64,000 nucleotides of DNA, taken from the NCBI GenBank assembly GCA_024704765.1, contig JAKMXF010000003.1, positions 1 through 64,000 of the forward strand, read 5' to 3'. Below, in pieces: positions 54,901 through 62,266 of this stretch. The stretch is from Oopsacas minuta (lineage: Eukaryota; Animalia; Porifera). Numbering within the stretch: the stretch's first letter is position 1; the number at the start of each line of letters is the position of its first letter. The position numbers and the translations under genes are program-made. The notes below the pieces were generated by a model. The model worked only from the letters and a program-made list of their open reading frames with translations, did no database searches and had not been told where the DNA came from.

Positions 54901-55665
54901 TGATTGTAAGGAAAACAAATATGAGTTATTGGACCATGGATAGTTTAGTTCCAGTTTGAATAGTATAGTTCCAATTAGAGTAGATTCTAAGAAATCATAA
55001 GGATTAGTTCTCTGGAATGTTGGATGGAAAATATCATAAACTGTTTCAATAGTTAGTTCCGATATAATATCATCTTGGTTCCGGTTATGAATATTCACAT
55101 GTAAATGCCATGTAGCAACATTTGTTAGTAGCTCAGTAGTGTATACGGATAAATAGTATCGAGATTCCACTTGTAATAAATCCAGTTCATAAGGGCATGG
55201 ATCAGCTGTACAAGTTAATGTGACACTATCGAAACACTTAGTTCCATATTGGCAAGTGAAATATGTATCTGTGAGGCCAGACACGATTGAATACGGTTGA
55301 ACATGAACTGGAATTATCCCGCGTTTTTTGGAGTGGACAATTGGAATTTGGAGAATTTCAATTGAGATATTGAATGATATATAAGCCAATGAAATCGCAT
55401 TCTGTTTGTATGTTACTATTAATAAATACTCCAGTTTTGTGTGTTGAAAATTATTTGACAAATAAATCGAGCTATTTTCAAGTGAAAATATGTCCGATTC
55501 TGATTCAATCCTAAATTCTGTACCATTAGAGACATAATCTGTAATATTTATCAAAATTGAATTCTTTGTTGTTTCAATTGGGAACGATAAATTGATCGAA
55601 AAACCGTTCACAAGTAAGATTTCTGAAAATGTAAATAACAACAAAATTAATAGTTTCAATTCCAT
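42943..55665 (-). CDS. Giant classical-type cadherin (cadherin repeats, EGF array, 2 LamG, TM, catenin-binding tail); intronless, about 4240 aa
   Basis: Many DxNDNxPxF, LDYE and AxDxG motifs; EGF cluster; two LamG-like blocks; tail has YQFEGGGEG (p120 JMD-like) and LNELGSPFRKLCKVIY (beta-catenin-binding-like). Signal peptide MELKLLILLL at 55665; the ORF-track start 55773 is a TTG. Confidence 0.9.
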   Translation of the reverse strand: MELKLLILLLFTFSEILLVNGFSINLSFPIETTKNSILINITDYVSNGTEFRIESESDIFSLENSSIYLSNNFQHTKLEYLLIVTYKQNAISLAYISFNISIEILQIPIVHSKKRGIIPVHVQPYSIVSGLTDTYFTCQYGTKCFDSVTLTCTADPCPYELDLLQVESRYYLSVYTTELLTNVATWHLHVNIHNRNQDDIISELTIETVYDIFHPTFQRTNPYDFLESTLIGTILFKLELNYPWSNNSYLFSLQSNIAAYYLDLDAKTGEISLRSEFDCEFHSTILVTIEVRFITNISVTIIQSISSANFLINVIDVSEFAPVFSLPFYECIFCTDISTNQFLAFTPVRDYDVTNYIPELKIEQISNQSISLELEHGFVLTAINSSIINEDFSQFFQLFAFDFFDKSLFSETLLVVRFSRCSIRTPSFFQNSVILKYSPFCDIIYELSVYFDGISQQINGNYELQLSNYQNCQIESDNILKCSNYTQLEGLTAYAISQGMHNSGLEITFEEVKESPNPFMYPLIRPQIELTILTPLVEMVLLEFDTFSKFDVFEILGFFCPNFPIFIEDSLLKVSKYAAAGEYEFEVISTNMIYSIPFEIIPIRIEIISAFEVTNISLKFPYLAVNSSIYTFASEFGDFRYEILNRTLIPFVLDNHHRRIYYSRPIGNISHYIFEVLAVSLKNSNLTQSVSIDVTFSSKLQHLYFMIPKEIFVNLPKISNETIFEFSLNETNATLKILGENRFFTISNAKILLKNSTPFAQLNQTLSLQVEVYNQSLLISKTAHNIRIIFTNSSIISLHNLPYFHHIKLPNCVQHNAHIFKLPRLPTGEYVLNSTQLKISANGSLIYTGGIKAYSSINQSIHVLHESMNTIFSIISIDFIGQTVDTQIYININSGTRIGTKIGRLWNQTTEPCTYIIAPQNVPFHLDSITGEIFVSSILEESWYQFTVEQKYFCLEINFEVFINISNVNIFTNGTYFFTFQRSNSRLFIGHIETQPTFYELFLLQNSSIYVPYFCLQNNGDLFTNGFLHKLQHLVLIAKACIPNTSSCNYAFIQLYITPSNFSAPIFSHQFLDLLIPSSQPIPSQIFQLTSYDLDGLFDQLYFSLSSPFVNITEYGTMFIIATQVEGKYVTNAIVTDDFGAQSELRVCIQIYEQFNHSIFFQENYMNISLDPLITKEFQLTPLVAREYQYLLLFTTPPNSLFVNDSGYLSIADTQTDKIQTIIFVYSKELSIFDTKILQINILDLQHPPEFPAQFDTIFIYTNASIGSQYQIQQAFDPDQTVLEYSIEKYTENITYIFSINSTFLTLIWNLTDFQFRYINMTIRATDVDGLFGEFTLYVNILPAIEIKFENEIESYNITLPDMGSLFQVRPMGPFDGVSLSIIHISPSEDFYIDTDGYIYPVITPSTQFQFEYTLIIEANLRLSTDILQVLINVDFIFEFISETFKTCLPENTEINTFIYKLELRSVPLEIDYYFDTFLTEFKVNSSGHISLKSNLDYERRKIYNLTLKAFSNFLQKTISFDFFINVTDINDNYPTFAGQAPYFAHIFTSNLPTIVYEFVVIDFDSGSNGMISFQIDRSSVENIFQVSETGQLSFVNDADNFLSSYSIVITAFDNGTPSLATTVILSITVYTDIPDDLPIFEHKVYEIEVKESFVDFEIPLMHIRAFSASSIEYEIQSNPSELNLRLEDQNIYLLEAPDYELSQFYNISISANDGNSTTTCLLFVYVVDVNDNSPYFDQQIYEIFVDENNEIGDVILMLNVMDLDSGLNGEIFLNFTEEFYGKYFEIFGKDLIAKIEFDFEEIQFFEFEIVASDRGQPMQISSSFVHVNIVNINDNIPIVAIGTNVIILPQNATENSEILSIAASDEDNLNSLSFTIKNGFTYFDILVANQVGILSIIRSPVRGTYQLNVTITDGKHSIFVPIYILVGNVNENTPKIEQSTCEGVLMENAPNGTYVAQITAVDEDIGLNGELYFSILTNFHVLSEKIGVLEDVFTIDSNSGIVTLNYNGNMSVEGVKTLIDAEFNSEIIIDVIVVDGGGQEDFCSLTITILDQNDNAPIFDRDVYEITYKQIIDTTNVLNVFAFDPDQGNNGLVSYRITNTNLFIIDNSKGTIISTGSIPSGNYTFIALAIDNGSPYMETEVMVHIIVQQDLPPRPFFDQSLYEVTVREDQQLNEGFLQVNASKTADNTQIIYSVRRGSSLRANSEGTFQIKGITGEIFLGLHLDYEILRPGPFKFSFLVQASNFETSSYALVVVYVLDVNDNYPKFTSPILNFYLDEGPTNRSYIGRLSATDKDSGENGDIEYSLYDTTLDIPFVIQRNGSINIKSQKVFDYEDPQSKNIFAFLVVARDLCGMECSLSTVVSVAININDLNDNTPIFDENLPSSISLLENTVPPRSVGTFQAIDKDEISFDNLEYSITEGNIGDVFSINAGNGHLNLVQILDFETQPEYFLTLKVFDNTHFSLHKVHILIVDIDDSIPIFSQPIYEINIPESIPIGTSVANVKASDVDLPENGFIDYEISDQSTAALFFALNNTTGDLRTISEIDREEFEYFEFFCFARDSNNNLGKAIIRANISDINEPPIFSKAFYETFIAENRPISSFVDYFPALDTDRGENSTLKYELLQDENNAFVVDMLTGEVYTQQIFDYETRTMYVLVLRANDSGTPPLFAQTTIRIFIEDVNDHFPAFICTNMYSRIYDDVKNNSVVTKIKVLDDDDTPVFHIQLLTHNLPFIISENEVILIGNLSENSYFLELNLSDFSQNFHQIGNFSITVLPTNRNPPLFTSSTNQFIVLIGSEIGAEIGQISAQDPEGDIVTFFINDTNFRIDISTGTITLNIVPIKVTEIYVNVTVFDSGYPKLSSFILIQISIENSPKNSIIFPQNFYTIELEEEQIFLNFLQIQVLNEISVTYKIEHNFNTFSIDTYNGSLSLLIRLDYEIRSLYNITIETESENGMFGYTYVVISVVDVNDNPSLETFSTIFIRILEPKLALVPITFDDPDSNDQFRDCSYENGSLEFEIFYNCTILINEVDSGLYFVEVSGRDGTHDRVPNHITIDVHNFQYLKTENVFSILFANPLSAILQNISIFHTFFPPNIILYSIEEHLDGGQIHFYSNDVSTALDYIYNTRNSFAEIGFQVESILNEPCESEPCLTQGLCNNSLSIGPINFVTSDLVSFLSQEISHSYDCICAPGSVGKNCDTNIDDCLNVVCQNGGNCVDLLQDFYCKCPMGVSGTFCENSIDFCATNPCHNSGNCVEKITHFECDCVEGFYGDTCQYSLTKMVDLCVAIECENNSSCTASTTGHTCSCVDGFIGPTCTNASNTVTPCDSNPCQYGGQCVPMSHEYSCICPQGYSGPDCCYPMDECELKPCQNGGECLSGFYGDYVCECPSGTSGPKCEIFLSPCDVSQCQNGGICSEDGYAYTCSCPIRFAGENCEFPVFPTDFCISNDCQNGANCTSGFNKYTCTCPEGFSGILCQSPTPPSSPCGSNPCQHEGKCVEIGTEIICECIYGVTGVYCENNINDCENISCGFGACFDGFGGQRCVCEDGYSGEDCTIECPSGTNGPNCDNLIVFCSETSCQPGQNCSEVLGGFECHCPSGFIGVNCGTRLSCDNTECENGGNCRNDEMNAFECDCPPKFWGAKCELLRSTSFNGQSFISFPGSILPNQNAVIDFKISTASNNGLILFATNFRNFVYKDFIIVDISHSIIRFTISFGGVNYVLSDCHHTSLSDTIWHNISIAYSISSISICVDQCTKTCELEIDSAYHSLDGILSLLLGGIPYDPSLKIAQNFTGCLRDFYINKQQIDLSDGYHFKTLETCPDTILTPCQPIICPPRSSCVETADGAGCICDQGYSGANCDEIVQSITLQSGDYLQIEAKNRIRRDLNALNLVLNSFSIAVLPTLEYGTILHITDSSHFLKLELTPTHLELITDTNSASIPIGNTSNTWFHIKFQIERNILTLYLNDDLAKLELNSIFALNSPFSTIFLSSMDLGLQGCIQDIRLNEYQLQETNPAFQLVTYQTNPHSDLGPSCQVACDNSICGFGTCVPLFTQEKGYICECLDGTFQEVCVESEPTTIVTLIVIIVAITLIIIATILTVILIITFFTHRHYEKEKRYSVQVYENRENFMPEIRRYQFEGGGEGQTGTITGTKMPIEPSILSDEIAETSKFDEHLFRSVILRREAYLCDDDSKRRYSDSEGEETLTVSFSRDSEFNISEVPVETLNELGSPFRKLCKVIYPEFDK

Positions 55666-55875
55666 AGTTTCTTGGTCATCGCTAGGGTAGTTAAGGTGTG
55701 AAATATGTAAATATACAAACATAAAACGGGAAATATTTTGATCCATAGTGTCCAATCTGCCCCCAAATAACAAATATTCTAAATAGAATTATCATTTCTA
55801 CAAACGTAATGACATATATGGAACTAATCTAATTGGTACTAGAACCTAAATATCCTATAGTTTCAATTACACATT

Positions 55876-56760
55876 CTATGACGTCACACCTGTGCGGGAA
55901 GTTGTCATTCCTAATTTATCACTTTTTGATAATAACTCATAATGCTGGTCATAGAGTACTTCGCCGTATTCTTCCATCTTCCATAAATCAGGAGATAAAT
56001 AACCGTACGTTTTGCTTATCGCCTCGAAAGTGGCCTTGGCGAAGTTGCCCAGGGTGGCAGTTTGCCCTCTAGCTGATGTGTAGCAATCCTGCACGCCCGC
56101 CATTTGCAGTAACTTCTTGGGAATGGGGGCTGAGACAATTCCTGTGCCTCTTGGGGCAGGTATCAGTCGTACTCTGACGCTCCCACACTTACCAGTTACC
56201 TTACAAGGCACTGTGTGTGGTTCTGCTATTTTGTTACCCCAGTAGCCTTTACGTACTGGGATAATTGAGAGTTTGGCTGCTGTTATGGCGCCTAAAAATA
56301 TGAATATATCAAGTAAATTATTTTGAGGAAAAACATTTTTCGGCTAGAATTCGAATTTTGAGATCTTCAAAATTCCACAGAAAATTATTTTACCTTTTAT
56401 CGCAGTGGCGACCTCCTTGGCCACTTTCACACCTAGTCCAACATGTCCCTTATAGTCTCCAATAGCTACAATCGCCTTGAACCTGGTCCTCTGTCCTGCC
56501 TTGGTCTGTTTCTGCACTGGCATAATTTTCAACACCTCATCTGTCAAACCAGGACACAATTTTTCTATTATATCCTGTTCCTTGATTGGTAGAGAATAAG
56601 TGTATATTTCTTCAAGATTTGTTATTTTGTTCGCTTTTACAAGTCGGCCCAATTTTGTCACAGGGACCCATTCTTTCTCCTCTTGGGCTCTACCTCTACC
56701 CCTACCACGACCCCTCCCACGGCCCCTACCTCTACCACGAGCTCTACCCCTATCTGCCAT
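55876..56760 (-). CDS. RPS2: 40S ribosomal protein S2 (uS5), 2 coding exons
   Basis: N-terminal RG repeat, [32 protein letters not shown]; intron 56292-56393; [19 protein letters not shown]. Confidence 0.98.
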
Positions 56761-56809
56761 CTATGTACTAAAATAGCTGCATGTGTATAAGAAGATGGTA
56801 ATAGAGTGG

Positions 56810-57070
56810 AAGCTGGTTATAAGAACATCTTCGGGAACAGGAAATAGTGCTCTTATAACCGGCATGTAGTATACAGTGAATGCCTGTTATGAGAACAACA
56901 CATTTGGATGTAGGAACCATATTCAAGAAAAATATTTTCATTATACAAACATACCGGTTATAAGAACCAATTTTACTACTACACAGAGAGTGTTCTTATA
57001 ACCGACATAATGTATATCGGGGCATATGATAACCGTATTTGAGTATGTTCTTACAACCGGAATGTTCCTA
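56810..57070. mobile_element. MITE family B cluster upstream of the RPS2 start codon
   Basis: Several ggttataagaac / gttcttataacc inverted motifs; tacagtgaatgcctgttatgagaac end. Confidence 0.7.
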
Positions 57071-57159
57071 TATCCCACATCTACTGTATGTACACAGTGG
57101 TGTCAGGGACTTATAGCTCATTTGTATTGGAATATTTCCTCAAATAGCAAGTTCGTATA

Positions 57160-57322
57160 CAGTGGAATCTGCATAAACCGACACCTGTATAATCCGAAAA
57201 ATTTTCATGTCAACCCAAGCCCGTGGAACCGTGAGAAAATATGTAGTAGACTCTCTTAAAGTGAGCACATAGATCTGAACTCTGAAGGATTATACAGGTG
57301 TTGGTTTATGCAGATTCCACTA
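57160..57322. mobile_element. Young MITE with about 36-bp TIRs and TA target-site duplication
   Basis: ta|cagtggaatctgcataaaccgacacctgtataatcc ... ggattatacaggtgttggtttatgcagattccacta|ta; two mismatches between the TIRs. Confidence 0.9.
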
Positions 57323-57424
57323 TATTCCGTTTTATCGAGAGTCTACTGCATTTGTACTACGTTTTATCACCTTGGAATTACAGAATATATCCTAATACAA
57401 TTTATCTCTAATCTCGTATTTATA

Positions 57425-58674
57425 CTAATAACTGAGCGGGTCTAGGTTAGAAACTGAGTCAGATAAGCCTATTTGTAGCTGCGCGACTTCTGATAGGTTA
57501 ATAACCGTCAGTAGATCTTGCACTAGTCCAGATACCTGTTGACTGTAGTTGTCACCATCTGATGAAATTGGAACTGAAGATAGATATTTGAGTAAATCCC
57601 GCCCAAAGTCTAAATCTGGATATTCAACTTTGTGGGAGATTATTGCAGCAATATACTCAATTATCTAAAAATAGATATATTATAAATTATAAGCGCCAGG
57701 TAATAATAATAAATGAGTGAAAAATTTGTTTGTTTGTTTACCTGATCTAACATTCTAGCAATATCCTCTACACAATGTACAGACTGACTCAAACTCTCCA
57801 ACATAGAAATAGGACTTTCGATAGCCGCCAATTTACGCGGGGGTTTCTCCATTCTTGCTAGAGCTGACATTACCAAACTTTCTGGTGGTGATGGCCTTAT
57901 TTTGTGACGGAATGGAATAAACACATTTCCTATTTTAAGCGGGTGATCTATCTTACCTCCTGTAAGTGACACCATTCTAAAAATAGCAACAATTAATTAT
58001 ATCCTAATTTGGAAATTTTGAAAATTTGATCGTGGAGCTTGAGGGCAATTCGAGTTGACAATTGCCAGGAAAAGTCCGCATGCATACTTGCCAACTGTCT
58101 CAACTTGTCGGGACGTCCCGAATTTGCGGATATATGTGTGGGATAAAGCCCGCCAAAACTTACCAAAAACCTTACTTTTCCCGCGTTTTTCTTCACTCAG
58201 TTTGGCAACTATGCACATGAAACAAATTGACTTTTCCACGACCAAATTTCACTCATTTTTCAGTTCTCACCTATAAGCTTTCACTTCAATATTATCTGTC
58301 CTGAAAGACAAATCAAGGAACACCATGAAGCAATTGGAACTAACATTCTTGTGACAATATTCATGTACAATAGTAGCGAAATATGGGATGGATTTTCCAA
58401 CCAGAAACCAACCAACAATGGTATCATTTGGATAAGTTAATTTGTGCAATTCTGTCCAGTTCTCGGCCAATTGCCAATTAACGTTGACAGCTAATTCATC
58501 TTTGAGTTGATAATTTATCGAATAAGATGACCGCACTTGTATAACACGCATTCCACTGGCACTACTCGCGTTGCCAAGGAGAATACCAATGGAATTTGGT
58601 GTGCCTATTTTTCTTTCATAGCTGTCAATCATTGAAAATAATGCGAGCGGATGTATTTGGAGATCTTGGTCCAT
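57425..58674 (-). CDS. EIF3F: eIF3 subunit F-like (inactive MPN domain), 3 exons, divergent
   Basis: IHPLALFSMIDSYER..IGILLG..ELHK.TYPND.IVGWF..VHEY..IEVKAY, and C-terminal QDLL.V..L....QIGL match the eIF3f layout; first intron donor at 58270. Confidence 0.75.
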
Positions 58675-58749
58675 TTGGTTGTGGTTTATGATAATCTAAT
58701 TAACACTTTATATTCTATAGCAGATTGTTTTACATGATCCACAGGGAAA

Positions 58750-58872
58750 TACAATAAACTCGCGTTATAACGAAGAGCTGCGGGACCCCGGTTTCATTTC
58801 ATTATCAGCGGACACCTTCATTTCAAGCTACAGGGGTAAAGAAACACTTCGTTAGGACGGGAGTTTACTGTA
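58750..58872. mobile_element. MITE with 26-bp TIRs related to family A ends
   Basis: tacaataaactcgcgttataacgaag ... cttcgttaggacgggagtttactgta. Confidence 0.8.
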
Positions 58873-59154
58873 CTCCAACTTTATGTCTTTCCCCCCGAGT
58901 AATTGCTTTAAATTGCTATTATTGGAAGTGAAACCTGGATTTACACTTTATTTAGCAAATATAATCCCAGGAAATTGGTAAATATGTAACCATAACAACC
59001 AAATTTGATTAAAAATATTCATGAAATAATCACAGTAATCACAAGCTTAATAACAGACAAAAATTCTTCAAAATCAGGTAAAATATTTGAAAATAATTAA
59101 CTAAAACACATTTAGGGAAGCTTAAGAAACGTATTTACAGACGAATACTAGGTG

Positions 59155-59654
59155 TTAAACTGTCTCATATTTGTTACGTGTCTTTGAACTAGGGGAACAC
59201 ATCAAGTACCAGGTGACTACCTCTCCAAGAATCTATGTAAACAAGTTTTGTAAACAAATTTGTAAATAATATGATATACAAATGGTTACTTACCAGAAAT
59301 AGTGCAAATAATAGAATAGCAATGATGAATGCGTAGTAATACTCCGATACATACACGGATAACTTTCCATAGCAACCCTAAACAATCAATTTACAATATC
59401 AGAGGTGTTAAAATGTGAATATAAACCACTGTGTAGATACATTCAATTAACCAATAGAATATCAGCCTCATGAAACTGGGTAAACCCTCAATCTTATAGG
59501 TCAAAACATTTCGTCACCTATCTTAGAGACTATTTGAGATATCGCTTAGATATTGGAACATGTTTCTACATTCTCCATGTTCTATATGTATATCAAATTT
59601 CGTAAGTTTGTAGCTCTTACCAACAAACGAACAAACGAACAAACGAACAAACAA

Positions 59655-59698
<44 letters not shown>

Positions 59699-61041
59699 TA
59701 CAAATAAACAAGCACTGCGCTTACCTCTCCATAAATATCTTCCTTATTGAATGCAGTATCATCTTCTCCATTTCTACAATTACCCTGGTTTTTACAACAA
59801 GATAATGGGACAGCAATACCATCGCTAGTATTATTATCTGCCCATTCACTATCAAACCAATCTGTGTAGTTATTCACTCCACAGCATTGCTCCTAGAAAT
59901 AACAAGTACAGTCAACACCCGCGCATAGCCGTCACCTAAAAACAGTCTCATCCGATTCCCATTATAATGACCTCTCTATAGGGGTCGCCATTTTTGGTCC
60001 GATTAGACTGGACTATTAAAATGGGGGACAGTTAAGGTTTCGGCAAGTTTTGGCGGGACATTACCCTCAATTCATGTCCGAAAAAGCGGGACAGTTGGCA
60101 AATATGCAATAATTACGACTTGAGAAACTTACAAATTCTTGAATTTCATCAACGAGTACGTTATACTTCGCTAACTTAAGGTTTGAGTCTAATGCTTCAC
60201 GAATTCCAGTATCAAGCTAAACAGAAATTTGAGTAAAAACAAATAAACAACAATATAAACAACAACAATATAAATAACAATATAAATAACTTACAATGTC
60301 ATGCCAAATAAATCCTGAGATACAACCAATGATTATGAAGGCAATACAAATGATTAGACCCAGTGAATACTAAAAGAATAAAAGGTGTGAAGTATGTATA
60401 AATATAGTCAGAGTGGAGGATGAGTTTAGCGCCCGTAACTTACAACAAATAGAACGCATTTGACATCACAACCAGCGCCAATAATTCCAACAACAGTAAA
60501 TACCATAAGCACAATTCCCATAAGAATAAGGAAAATAGGCAGACTTGCCCATCCATAGTTTGCTATGTATAGATATCTGCTGGCAGCCTATTGGATAAGA
60601 GAATAGAGAATGACAGATGTCATTATTCAAAGGTATAAATACGGGAAATTTATGGTTAGGTATAAGGTATAACTTACCACTGATACGAGGCCCAGCACGA
60701 TAATTATGAAGCCGATTAGCTACAAGAAGAAAGGACATAAATCTAACAATTTGACATAATCCAGCCTGGCGCCAAAAAAATTAGTATTATGAAAAGGTGT
60801 GAAAAATATAACAAATACTTTTCAGTAAGAAAGGGCTATTCCAGAACTGGGGACGTAAAGCAGTTGGTCACTACTTCTGGATGATACCCGTGTCCAAAAC
60901 GCGTGTTAAAATCTCTAAGAAATATTGAGTTTTGGAATTTGGTGCGTATTTTTAAACACATTACAAACTCACCGCAGCAATAACATTGAAAATCACGAAT
61001 AGAATTTTGAAAAAAAGCCGGCACAAATCTTTTGCATCCAT
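59155..61041 (-). CDS. Tetraspanin, about 8 exons
   Basis: Spliced reading MDAKDLCRLFFKILFVIFNVIAA/LIGFIIIVLGLVSV/..VGIIGAGC..CVLFV/../EQCCGVNNYTDW..VPLSCC..C/GCYGKL../..KYETV*; CCG, PxSCC and GC motifs plus a YxxV tail. Confidence 0.92.
59625..59698. repeat. Compound (AAAC/GAAC)n-(AGAC)n microsatellite in a tetraspanin intron
   Basis: Direct reading. Confidence 0.9.
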
Positions 61042-61164
61042 TTTGAGTTTCAGTTCCAAAAGTGGATAATTAAATCTAAGAACAAAATCAAAATTCTATC
61101 AAATTTATAAAATGCAAATCGTCAACTACGCTATGTCAAAAATTTCTGAAAAGCGAGTCCAGTA

Positions 61165-61281
61165 GATCACCGGTTCCCAACCTGGGGTCCACTTACGAGG
61201 GTAAGGGGTCAATAGGATATCTAAATTTGTACTGAAGTCAATGAGAGGGGGTTCTACAGATAAATAAGGTTTGGGACCACT
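61165..61281. mobile_element. hAT/Charlie-like non-autonomous element; similar remnants at about 9085-9180 and 9595-9716
   Basis: ccggttcccaacctggggtcc ... aaggtttgggaccact resembles the ends of Charlie-type hAT MITEs; TSD not resolved. Confidence 0.5.
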
Positions 61282-61640
61282 TCTCTAGCTAAATATGAAA
61301 CTGTAACTGTAACTGTAACTAAAAAATATTTTTGTCCTATTTGATTTATATACTTTAAAATTCGTAGACATGAGTCATATGGAATTTGCAAGGTTAAACA
61401 ATAAAAGTACAATTTCTAATTTTAGTATAGTTCATCCATATTGTCTAATATATATTACTATCAACCTCGAGGTTGTTGTATATGGAACTATGCTATGAAT
61501 ATGTGCATAATTAGTTTCAATTGCTCAATAATTGATACAATTTCGAATACAACGACGTTCTTACAGTAATGGCACGTGTTATCATATGCCATGTGATATA
61601 AACTGAATTTTATGAATCATTATTTGATAAAACATTTTAC

Positions 61641-61716
61641 ATTTGCTTGTTACGTAGAAAGTTGGAAGGCAAAATTTATCGGTTTTGCCTTCCAACGTTT
61701 TGCGTAACAAGAAAAT
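61641..61716 (+). ncRNA. Candidate pre-miRNA-like hairpin
   Basis: 29-bp arms cttgttacgtagaaagttggaaggcaaaa and ttttgccttccaacgttttgcgtaacaag with an 8-nt loop; two G-U wobbles and one mismatch on the + strand. Confidence 0.35.
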
Positions 61717-62266
61717 TTCAAATCTTGTAAATACAACTGAGGTGGCGCGTCGTATGCTTTTCGGGCCCTGTACTGCTGGATTATGACGAAATTCGTGACA
61801 ATTTCTGAATATAAATACCATAATCTCCTAAGGGTTGTTACTCGTTACCCTAGAGAGCTGCAATCATTTGTCACTAGATAATTGATCTCTTCCAAACTCA
61901 AATCACCACTTCCATAACAATTTCTACGAATTACATAATGAATAAATTATTAATTGTAACAATGATGGCTGAATACACTAATTAGAAGGTGTTAGATATT
62001 TATGCCACCTAATTGGAAAACTTGTGGAATTCATTGTTAATTTCAAACCATAATTATAAGAATTAGGAATACATATATTATCACGTGAAGGGTATAAAAC
62101 GGAAAACTTGACGTCTTCATATATATACAACTATTTCTTCAAACTTCATGGCATTATCGTTATAAATGTGGCATACATTGTGTCCATACGTGTACTACAG
62201 CCACATTTGAACACTTGGGTAACCATTTTTACACTTATATATATGTTTTAGGTGAACAGTTTTCAG

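Noticed and set aside
56690-56750. (RG)n-coding purine/pyrimidine repeat as a separate element
   Set aside because: It is the normal Arg-Gly-rich N-terminus of RPS2.
60466-60738. ORF MSFLLVANRL as the tetraspanin start
   Set aside because: Wrong frame; TM1 is assembled from an exon starting at 61041 and a short exon near 60678-60719.
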